Origin: Paraspadella gotoi
Taxonomy: Eukaryota; Animalia; Chaetognatha
NCBI GenBank assembly: GCA_051294375.1
Contig: JBJCIZ010000239.1
Coordinates: 4,010,402-4,074,401 of the forward strand
Length of the DNA stretch: 64,000 nt
Reading direction: 5' to 3'
In this document: positions 13,135 through 24,087 of the stretch, piece after piece
Layout of the letters: the number at the start of each line of letters is the position of its first letter
Position numbering within the stretch: position 1 is the first letter of the stretch
The notes under the pieces: model-generated
The model's database searches: none
Told to the model about the DNA's origin: nothing
The model's input: only the letters and a program-made list of their open reading frames with translations
Position numbers and translations under genes: made by a program

Positions 13135-14210
13135 TNNNNNNNNNNNNNNNNNNNNNNNNNNNNNNNNNNNNNNNNNNNNNNNNNNNNNNNNNNNNNNNNN
13201 NNNNNNNNNNNNNNNNNNNNNNNNNNNNNNNNNNNNNNNNNNNNNNNNNNNNNNNNNNNNNNNNNNNNNNNNNNNNNNNNNNNNNNNNNNNNNNNNNNNN
13301 NNNNNNNNNNNNNNNNNNNNNNNNNNNNNNNNNNNNNNNNNNNNNNNNNNNNNNNNNNNNNNNNNNNNNNNNNNNNNNNNNNNNNCAGTTTATCGTTGTT
13401 CGTTTAGCGAACGAAATGGAATAAAAACGTTTTCCCGTTCGTCGATTACGAAATAAATATGGAAGGTTTACAGAGAGAAGATGGATGAATGAATGAATGA
13501 ATGAATGAATGAATGAATGATGAATGAATGGAATGAATGAATGAATGAATGAATCGAAATGATCGAATGTATGAAAAATTAATAGGATTTGAATAATTGA
13601 TCAATTAATAGAACTAATAAATGAACGGAAGAACATTTGAAGGAACGAATAAATTAAATGATGAATCGAAATGAATGATGAATGAATGAAATGAATAATC
13701 GAATGCAATGAATGTAATTGAATTGAATGAATAGAATAGAATGCNNNNNNNNNNNNNNNNNNNNNNNNNNNNNNNNNNNNNNNNNNNNNNNNNNNNNNNN
13801 NNNNNNNNNNNNNNNNNNNNNNNNNNNNNNNNNNNNNNNNNNNNNNNNNNNNNNNNNNNNNNNNNNNNNNNNNNNNNNNNNNNNNNNNNNNNNNNNNNNN
13901 NNNNNNNNNNNNNNNNNNNNNNNNNNNNNNNNNNNNNNNNNNNNNNNNNNNNNNNNNNNNNNNNNNNNNNNNNNNNNNNNNNNNNNNNNNNNNNNNNNNN
14001 NATGAATGAATGAATGAATGAATGAATAAATGAATGAAAGATTGAATGAAAGAACGAGCGAATGAACGGACGAATAAAAACAGAAGAGTTAAAAAGAAAA
14101 AGGAGAGAACTGAAAATAATGAGAGGAAGGGTTACCAAGGGAGAGAAAAAAAAAGTGAGGGAACAAATTGTAATGTAAAGTAGGCAGGAGTTCATTTATA
14201 TCAAAGAGGA

Positions 14211-14302
<92 letters not shown>

Positions 14303-14330
14303 CCGCCATCTTCGGTGTTTATCGACTAAC

Positions 14331-14365
14331 GCCCTGAGGAATCGCCTCGTCGTCCTCCTCTTCGG
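14331..14365 (-). CDS. Candidate upstream mini-exon of the LRR gene
   Basis: ttattttctattcag|CC GAA GAG...CAG GGC|gttagt encodes (A)EEEDDEAIPQG. It could precede the CxC of the LRRNT hidden in the 12714-12885 gap. Supported by splice signals only. Confidence 0.3.
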
Positions 14366-14723
14366 CTGAATAGAAAATAAGTACGTCTGTCTATATGTCT
14401 GTCTGTATTTTTTCCTTTATTTTTCCTTTATTTTCTGATTTTTTCTCTCTCGTTTTCCCTTTTTCTCTCCCCTTGTTTTTTCTCTCGTTTTCCCTTTTTT
14501 TTTCTTCCCTTGTTTTCTCCGGTTCATGACTCCACGATTCATCTTGTTTCTCTTTTCTCAAGAAATTCGTCTCCTTCAAAGATTCCGTCCATCCGTCGGG
14601 TCTCAGAATCATCTCATCAATCCGTACGTCCTTTTAATATCCTTCCTAACCTTTTTTTCTCTCTTATTTGCTTATACTTTCTCCGTTCTCTTTACCAAAA
14701 CCAAAAAATTTCTGTTAATATGA

Positions 14724-14946
14724 GCTCTCACTTTCTACAATAACCGGATCTCATTCCCATAATCCGATCCCTAACTCTGATTCATAAGCTCTACCCCAAA
14801 GCTCTAACCCAAACCAGAGTCTCTAATCCTATTCATTAACCCTAATCACTAACCTAATCTCTAACTTTTACCTTCAACCTCTAACCTCTAACTTTGTACG
14901 AATTCAAATCGGAAAAGGAAATTGACCGTTTTGGGAAAATAACGCC
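14724..14946. mobile_element. MITE of the same family
   Basis: Degenerate TAACCC core. Right end reverse complement is GGCGTTATTTTCCCAAAACGG; the left end is decayed and approximate. Confidence 0.5.
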
Positions 14947-16059
14947 AATATCTTAATTTCTGACTCTTCCTTCCTTCTCTTCCTCCCCCCCTCCTAATCT
15001 TCATCTTCCTCCTCCCCCTCCTCCTCTTTCTCTTCCTCTCATCCTCTTCCTCCTCAACCATACACAAGAAGAACTGGAACAAAAGTTAGAAGAGCGTTTC
15101 TGTTGCTCTTCATTCTTTCTTTTTCTTTTGGTCATGTAGAAAATAAGTAAGAGGTAGGAGATGCCTGTTTGGGAGAGAGAGAGAGGATGAGAGAGAGGAC
15201 AGAGAGACGGAGAGAGGAGAGAGATGAAGAGAAGAGATTGAGAGAAGAAAAGAATGGGATATAAAAAATAAGGGAGAGCTAGAAAATGAGAGAGAGAGAG
15301 ATAGCCGCACATTAAAGTGAGAGACGTAGAGAAAAAAGAAAGAAAGAAAGAAAGGAAATAAGAAATAGAATATAATGAGAGAGTGAGAGGAGAGAAACAG
15401 AAGAGAAAAGACAGAGAGAGAGGATAAATGAAGAGAAATGCTTCCGAAAGCAGGAAGAAAAGAAACTGGTAGGATAAAGCGAGGGGGAGGGAAGGAAAGG
15501 AAAAGAAATCTCAGAAACAAAAGGCCTTTTTGTTGTTGTTTTTAAACCCACAAAAGCTAATGAAAAACAAAGAAAAAGCGGAAAGAAAAGAGGGAGAATA
15601 GATACATCGCCCCTGCGTCGGCGGAGAAGCAAAGAAATTGGAAGAGGAGGAGGAGGACGAGAATGAGGAGGAAGATGCCAATTGGTGAGGAACTTTATTG
15701 GAATAAAGAAAATTGCGTGCATACAAGAAATATGAGCACTTATACTAACCCCATGTACTATCCTGCTCTCCCACTCTCTCTCTCACATTCTAGCTTTTTC
15801 CTTTCTCTCTCTTCACTCTCTCATCTTTTCTTCTCTCTCTCTCTCTCTCTTCTCTCTCTCATCTCGTCACTCTCTCTCTCTCCTCTCGCCACTAGTTCCT
15901 TCTCTCTCCTCATCTCTCTCTCATCTTCATCTCTCGTCCTCTCTCATCTCTCTTTTATTCTGCTCTCTTCTCTCTCTTTTGGTTCTCATCTCTCTTTTTT
16001 CTTCTAAAATCTTCTTCTTTCTTGTACTGCCTAAACCACCCAATCAAAACTCCTCTTCT

Positions 16060-16402
16060 TACTTTTTGAGAAAAACAAGCGTCCTCAATAAAAAAGGCGC
16101 ACACGCACAACATCGAAGAGACTCCGCATTCTTCACACGACAGCCAGATATGTCGGAAATCAGCAAACATGCAAAATCTTGCGGAAGGTGAAATCGGCAC
16201 TGGGAAGACCCTGTGGTCCTTTGCAACTTTTTCAAACAAAAACCGCAAAAACTTGAACTTCGATTTGCATGTTCGTGAGAGCTGGAGATTCGTCGTCAAG
16301 GGAGCAGAACCTGGGAAAAAGGCCTCAACGATGTACTTATCTACATATGTAACAAAACACACGCAATGGAATCCTCTTCTACAAAAACTAAAAGACTATT
16401 GA
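16060..16402 (+). mobile_element. Penelope-like retroelement, frameshifted GIY-YIG endonuclease C-terminal fragment
   Basis: Stitching frames gives ...KTSVL...QHRRD.........SEISKHAKSC....WEDPVVL.ATFSNKNRKNLNFDLHVRES.EIRRQGAEPG.GLNDV..TYV....WNPLLQKLKDY*. This fits the PLE endonuclease pattern (EH.R, S.I..H, I.W....L, RE.LEI, LN.D, W.PLL). Several indels are present. Confidence 0.75.
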
Positions 16403-18081
16403 AGATGGGGGTGGGGGTTCTTTCTCTTTCTTCACTTGAGCTTTGTTCCTTAACTTTGAATAACACTCATTATTTCTTTTCAATCTTATTCCTCTTCTCT
16501 CTCTTTTTATACCAAATATTTTTTTACTTATTTTGTGTCTGTTTTCTTTGCATTTACTTCCGGCAAAATGAAACTATGGTTAAGCGATGTTAAACACGAC
16601 AATATTTATTTGCTTCAAATAAAAATAATAATGCGTTTTCCTCATAAAACGGATGTTAATCAAGCCAATACTATTTGCTCTAATTTTCTTCTCTCTCTCT
16701 CTCTCTCTCTGCTCTCATCTCTCCCTCTGCTTCTCTACTCTCTCTTTCTTCTCTCTCTTCTCTCTCTCTCCTCTCTCTCTTTATCTACCTGCGACCACAA
16801 AGGGCAAGTTTCCTCCCGTTCCTCTAGGCTCGAAGACCAGGAATTGGGAGAGAGTTTAGGAGAAAGAACGAGGAAAGAAGAGAGAGGGAGGGTCTTGATG
16901 ATTTGAGAGGGAGGAGGGTAGGGGGGGGGAGGGAGAGAGGAAGGAAAGATGGAGAGAGGGAAGGATAGGTAGGAAAAAGCAGGAGGGAGGGAGAGGAAAG
17001 TAGAAAAGACGGAGGAGAGNNNNNNNNNNNNNNNNNNNNNNNNNAGAAAGAAGGAGAATGGGAGGGAGAGAGGGAGGAAGGTAGGAAAGAATGAGGAAGG
17101 GGGGAGGAAGGAAAGAAAGGAGGGAGTATGAGAAAAAATAGAAAAGTGGAATTCAGGGAGAAGGGGAGGAAAGAAAGAAATAGGTCGTTGTTGTTTTTGT
17201 TGTTGTTGTTTGTTGTGGTTGTTGTTCTCGTTGTCGTTGAAGAGATGACGAAGACGATAGTTTATGTTAGAATATATAGAAATTGTAAAGATCGTAAACG
17301 AATAAGCGAAAAATTTAACAATAAAAAAAAATGGGAAAAACCCAAAAAGCAGGGAAGGTGTCATAAACGACGACGACGTCGACGACGACGACGACGAAGA
17401 AAGGTTTAATCGACCAAATAAAAAGATGATGACGACGACGATGACGACGATGACGACGACGACGACGACGACGAACGACGGATCAACCATAACACAACGA
17501 ATATGAAAAAAAATTGTGGGATTTTTTTAAGTTTTTTTTGTTGGGGAAAGAAAATATTTTGTCGAAAGCGAAAAGTGAAGGAAATGAGTTGGAAGAGAAG
17601 GAAAATAAAAGATGNNNNNNNNNNNNNNNNNNNNNNNNNNNNNNNNNNNNNNNNNNNNNNNNNNNNNNNNNNNNNNNNNNNNNNNNNNNNNNNNNNNNNN
17701 NNNNNNNNNNNNNNNNNNNNNNNNNNNNNNNNNNNNNNNNNNNNNNNNNNNNNNNNNNNNNNNNNNNNNNNNNNNNNNNNNNNNNNNNNNNNNNNNNNNN
17801 NNNNNNNNNNNNNNNNNNNNNNNNNNNNNNNNNNNNNNNNNNNNNNNNNNNNNNNNNNNNNNNNNNNNNNNNNNNNNNNNNNNNNNNNNNNNNNNNNNNN
17901 NNNNNNNNNNNNNNNNNNNNNNNNNNNNNNNNNNNNNNNNNNNNNNNNNNNNNNNNNNNNNNNNNNNNNNNNNNNNNNNNNNNNNNNNNNNNNNNNNNNN
18001 NNNNNNNNNNNAGGATGAACATATTGAAAAGAATAATGATGATTATGATTACGATAATGATAACAATGAACAACATGTTAT

Positions 18082-18133
<52 letters not shown>

Positions 18134-18814
18134 AATGATAGAGATATTGATGATTTCGACGTCGACAACAACAACGACGACGTAAAAGACCAAAGAAACG
18201 TCGATTTCGGAAATTAAACGAAGTGAATCGAGTTAACGAGTTATCGTCGTCGTCGTCGTCGTCGTCGTAATTGCGGTTGACGTCAATATCGTCATTATTA
18301 TCGTCGTTGTTATCATCGTGGTCGTAATCAACATTATTGTTGTCAATGTCGTTATCAGCATCATCGACGTCATGGTCGTTGTAGTCAAGAACGTCAACGT
18401 AGTTATAGTGGTCGACATTGCCATCGTATTCGTCATTGTTGTATTTTTTGTCATCATGGTTGTTAATTAACATCATTGTCATCGTATTTGTCATCATCAT
18501 CACGGTAATTATTGTAACAGTTATTGTTGTTGTCGTAATTGTCGTCATCGTCGCCATTGTTATCAAAGTTATTGTTATCATTGTAGTTATCGTGGTCATT
18601 TTTGATGGCATTGTAATCGGTGTAATCGTCATCGTTATCGTCAATATTGTCATCGTCGTCGTCGTTGTAGTCGTCATCATTATAGTCATAGTTGAGGTCG
18701 TTATCGTCGTCGTCGTCGTCGTTATCGTCGTCGTCGTTATCGTCGTCGTCGTTATCGTCGTCGTAAGTCATCCGTCAACGTAGGAGTTAGAACGGGACGT
18801 GAATAGAATAGAAC

Positions 18815-19000
18815 CGGCGGTGATGTATTAAATTGATGATGTAGAAAAGGCGATGATGTAGAAACGGAGGTGATGTATTAAAGCAATGATGTTGAAAAGG
18901 CGATGATGTAGAAAGGGCGGTGATGTATTAAAGCGATGATGTAGAAAAGGCGATGATGTAGAAACGGCGGTGATGTATTAAAGCGATGATGTAGAAAATC
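18815..19000 (+). repeat. ~50-bp compound tandem repeat
   Basis: GATGATGTAGAAAAGGC GATGATGTAGAAACGGCGGTGATGTATTAAAGC, about 3.5 copies. Confidence 0.85.
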
Positions 19001-19677
19001 AAGGGGAGATTGACAAAGTAGAAGGAAAGAAGGAAAAGTAGCGATGACAGTAAGTGACAACAATATGTCATCGGTCGACGACGACCGCAGGGGAAACGAT
19101 GACGAAGGAGAAGAATGACGACGACGAAGAAGATGACGGAAATAAAGATGTAATGACAAAGGAGGGCGTCGAAAACGATGACGACGAAGGATAACAAAGG
19201 AAGATGACAAAGGGATGACGAAGACGTCGGTTGACGAGCAGAAGTTGACGTCAAGGGCGACATGAAAAGAAAAAGGAAAAGGGGGGAAAAGTTTAGCGTC
19301 GCAAATTAAAAAATAAAAATTAATACATACAATTGCGATCATATTAGATAATGGATCAAAAAAAAGCTTTGGAATATTTAATTAATGTAGAATAATATAC
19401 TAGTATAAATACAAAGTAGTATTCAATTATTTTATACTTGGTATAAAATTTCAAATAAATTCCTACGTTTGAAGTAAAACATAAATGATTCAATAAGAAA
19501 AAAGAATGAATGAAAGAATGAATGACTGAATGAATGAATGAAAGAATGAATGAATGAATGAATGAATGAATGAATGAATGAATGAATGAATGAATGAATG
19601 AATGAATGAATGAATGAATGAATGTTGCAAACTGTATAGAATCGTATGCCAACATTACGTTTACAACGACCAAATTA

Positions 19678-19714
<37 letters not shown>

Positions 19715-22700
19715 AAGTTACCTTCATCGCCGTCTATCAAAAAAACAAACCACAACAGCAACAACAACGACAACGACAACAACGACAACAACAACGACAA
19801 CTCTTCAAAAACGCCGTCGGTTTTTATTCTCGATTTCAACCTTCATTCTCGTCGCTAAAAAAAGACCTCGAATGAAGACGACGACGACGACGACGACGAC
19901 GACGANNNNNNNNNNNNNNNNNNNNNNNNNNNNNNNNNNNNNNACGACGACGATGAGCAAGACGACGAAGATGAGAGGGACGATGATGATGAAGATGATG
20001 ACGACAAGAATGAGAAGGACGACGAAGAAGACGATGATAAAGACAACGACGAGGAAGACACAGAAGACGAGTAAGATGACGATGATGACGAGGAAGTTGA
20101 TGAAAACGATGATGAAGACGATGATGATGACGAAGACGACGACAATGACGACAATGAAGATGAAGACGAAGACAAGGAAGACAATGACGACCAAGACAAT
20201 GATGATGATTAAGACGACCACGATGATGAAGACGGTCACAATGATGAAGACGGTCACGACTGAATACAATATGATACGATGAAGGCGACGAAGATGATTA
20301 TGACGATGGAGACAAGGAAGGTGAGGAAGATGACGACGATGACGATGACGATGATTAAGACGATGACGATGATGACGACGACGAAGACGNNNNNNNNNNN
20401 NNNNNNNNNNNNNNNNNNNNNNNNNNNNNNNNNNNNNNNNNNNNNNNNNNNNNNNNNNNNNNNNNNNNNNNNNNNNNNNNNNNNNNNNNNNNNNNNNNNN
20501 NNNNNNNNNNNNNNNNNNNNNNNNNNNNNNNNNNNNNNNNNNNNNNNNNNNNNNNNNNNNNNNNNNNNNNNNNNNNNNNNNNACGACGACGAAGACGATG
20601 ATTAAGACGAAGACGAGGATGATGACGACGACGACCACGACGACGACGACGACGGAGATAATTAAGAAGCGCGTCAATACACAAACTTTCTAAGAAGGAA
20701 AAGACGATTGAAAACATCTTCAATGATAACGACACTGACATAGGAGTGACATGACAAAGACCTGATCGTGGAATGACAGGGACTTCACCGTTGTCACTGG
20801 CAAGATAAAGATCTGACAGTGGCATGACGTAGACTTAAAGATAAGAGAGTGACATGTCAGTACTTCGCATTATCATGACCACTGATTGTGACATGAATGT
20901 GATTTAACACTTTAGAATGACATGACAAAGATCTGACATGATAAAGACCTGATAGTGACTTGACAATTACTTGAGAACGATATGACAGTAGATCGACATT
21001 TGACGAAGACAACGACAACAACAGAAACAACAACAAAAACAAAAACAGAAACAACAACAACAACAACGACCGCAGAAAATACTTCGCTTTCGAATTTGAA
21101 CNNNNNNNNNNNNNNNNNNNNNNNNNNNNNNNNNNNNNNNNNNNNNNNNNNNNNNNNNNNNNNNNNNNNNNNNNNNNNNNNNNNNNNNNNNNNNNNNNNN
21201 NNNNNNNNNNNNNNNNNNNNNNNNNNNNNNNNNNNNNNNNNNNNNNNNNNNNNNNNNNNNNNNNNNNNNNNNNNNNNNNNNNNNNNNNNNNNNNNNNNNN
21301 NNNNNNNNNNNNNNNNNNNNNNNNNNNNNNNNNNNNNNNNNNNNNNNNNNNNNNNNNNNNNNNNNNNNNNNNNNNNNNNNNNNNNNNNNNNNNNNNNNNN
21401 NNNNNNNNNNNNNNNNNNNNNNNNNNNNNNNNNNNNNNNNNNNNNNNNNNNNNNNNNNNNNNNNNNNNNNNNNNNNNNNNNNNNNNNNNNNNNNNNNNNN
21501 NNNNNNNNNNNNNNNNNNNNNNNNNNNNNNNNNNNNNNNNNNNNNNNNNNNNNNNNNNNNNNNNNNNNNNNNNNNNNNNNNNNNNNNNNNNNNNNNNNNN
21601 NNNNNNNNNNNNNNNNNNNNNNNNNNNNNNNNNNNNNNNNNNNNNCGAAGTCAAGTTAGTCTCGCGACGATCGCCTCTCGAATTCGCCGTAAGACGTTCG
21701 CCGTAGGACGATCGTCCTGAGACGTGAAACGACCGATAATTCGAATTTCGCCTCAAGACAGAAATTTTAATTTTTTTCGCGGAAAAATATCTCGTCGGGT
21801 CATGTCATGTATTTCCAAGTAATGTATTTTCATATCATGACACGTCGTATCATGTCGCGTCATGACATGTCATATCTTGTCATGTCATTTCTCTTCACGT
21901 CGAGTCTCCTCGTGTCATGTCTCTCTTCCTAATGTCTCGTCTCATACGATCATATCGCGTAATATTTTGTCTCGCCATCTTATGTCTCGCCATATCCCGT
22001 CTCGTTTATATCATGACTCGCCGTGTCCATATCGTGTCGTGTTCATATCGTGCCTCGCCATGTCATGTCATGCCATGTTCTTCAGTCATTCTTTTAGACT
22101 TCATTCAACCGCTCAACTTATGATCGACGATAATTTTCCTCCATAAAATGATTTTTCAGTTCGATGCATTTCTCAAAATTCACATCATTTCATCGTTCAC
22201 TTTGGAATCGAAATCACCTCATTATCACGATTCAATCACCGGAACATCACTTCACAACCACATAATCACTTTGGTATTCTCTTGGAATCCCAATCATCCC
22301 AATATCATGACTTAGATATCACAACATCGTTTCAGTTGGTCTTCCCATTTTCATAGATATCACTTGTCTATCACCACGATATCTTCTCCTTATCACTTAT
22401 CTAGCACCAAGATATCACATCTTTATCACTTCTCTTTCACCTCATTTTCACACGAGCCTAAGACGCCTTTGGTTCGATATCTTTCTCCCTCTGGCTTCTT
22501 CTCTTCAAACGAGAAAGAGTAGACTCGAATTATTTTTTTCATGCGGAGGGGAAAACGAATTTTTATACTCTCTCTTATCTCTGACTCTGTCTCTTTGTCT
22601 GTCTCACTTTCTCTTTCTTTCTTTCTTTCTTTCTTTCNNNNNNNNNNNNNNNNNNNNNNNNNTGAAGGGCCATTTGAGAGAGAGAGAGAGAGAGAGAGAA

Positions 22701-22721
22701 GAGAGAGAGAAGGAGAGAGAC

Positions 22722-22777
<56 letters not shown>

Positions 22778-22954
22778 AAAGAAAGAAAGAAAGAGAGAGA
22801 GAGAAAAAGAAAAAGAAAGAAATAAGAAAGAGAAAGTGAGACCTTCATCATAGTTGGCCATTAAACTACTCCGCCTTGTTTTGCGCCTCATAATCCTTTT
22901 TTCTTCTTTTTCTAAAACCTGTGGTTTCGCGTCGACGCCTCCGAGCTTTATTTT

Positions 22955-23050
22955 TTTTTAGTTGCGCCGCGAGTACTCGCGTTGCAGCTCAATAAGTCAC
23001 TTTGTCGGTCGGTCGGTCGGTCGGTCGGTCAAATGGTCTGTCTGTTGGTC
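22955..23050 (+). mobile_element. HINE/Helentron-like non-autonomous element, 5' end
   Basis: T-run, then AGTTGCG, the palindrome CGCGAGTACTCGCG, a complementary GCAGCT, ATAAGTCAC and (GTCG)n. This is the DINE-1/HINE layout. A homologous copy lies at 61927-62012. Confidence 0.6.
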
Positions 23051-24087
23051 CATTTGTTTTATCTAACGTTTTACTAAATACTTTGTTCAACTCTCTTTTC
23101 GTTATATTTCGAAACAACATTTTTTCTATGTCTGACATCATTGAAGGAAAAACTCATGGATTTCTTGGATGAAATCTTGGTTCTACAAGCTGATTGGTCG
23201 ACTCGGATTCCAACTCGACCAATCATGATTCGAAGATTCCGATTCTGCGGAGATTGCCCGATCCTTCGATCCGATTCTGCGTTGGGTTAGGTTGATTAAG
23301 AGTCGAAACAATGTCGCTACAATCTTGTCAAAAAATCGTCGTTCGTAAAAAATAAAATCTTGTTTTCTATAAAGTAAATACTTTTAAGTCCAGTCAATAA
23401 CTCATCAATTAAGCGCGTATTTGGTAAGGTAAGGTAAGGTACCATGCTTTAAAAATAGGTGATCAACCATGGATGCTCCTTATTTCATTTTTTTTCTCTT
23501 TTTTTTCTTTCTGTTTCATTTTTAGTTTTTGTATCCATGTTTTCTGGGGCGTTTTTTCGCCTTCTTCTTGTTTTTTTTATCTGTTTTTTTTTTAATTCCA
23601 TCCATAAAAAACTCAATAAAAACTCGAAAGGAACAAACGACAGAGAGATAAATCCTCTTAAGTCGAAAAGGAGTTTTTATATTTTCTAATTTTTTTATAT
23701 TTATAAATGTTTTAAAAGTAATTTTATAAAAAAAAAGAATTCGTTCATAAACCGACTTAAAATTAGTTAATTGTTAAACATTTTTCTATTTCGTTTTTGT
23801 ACATAGAATTAATTTGATTTAACCGTTTTTTTTAGTTTTGTAAACAAAGAGAGAGAGAGAGAAAGAGAGAGATGATTTCCATCCGGAAGTTGTTATTCAT
23901 GCGGACTGCGCTCTCGGTCTCTGTCTCTGGTCTCTGTCCTCTGTCCTCTCTCTCCGTCATCTCGTCATCTCTCTCTCTCGTCTGCTTCTCGTCTCTCGTC
24001 AGCANNNNNNNNNNNNNNNNNNNNNNNNNCGGAGAGAGAGAGAGAGAAGAGAGAGACGAGAGAAGAGATGAGAGAGAGATGAGAGAG

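Noticed and set aside
16169-16402. Apparent Walker A motif (GEIGTGKT) suggesting a viral or NTPase ORF
   Set aside because: It arises in an out-of-frame stretch of the frameshifted Penelope GIY-YIG fragment, and no Walker B or helicase context follows.
16789-16823. Minus-strand mini-exon candidate EREETCPLWSQ as the start of the LRRNT
   Set aside because: Weak acceptor, no second Cys of CPxxC, and a phase that does not fit the 14365 candidate exon.
17480-20700. Long Asp/Thr/Val/His-rich ORFs
   Set aside because: They are translations of (GAC/GAT)n microsatellites and N gaps, open in several frames on both strands.
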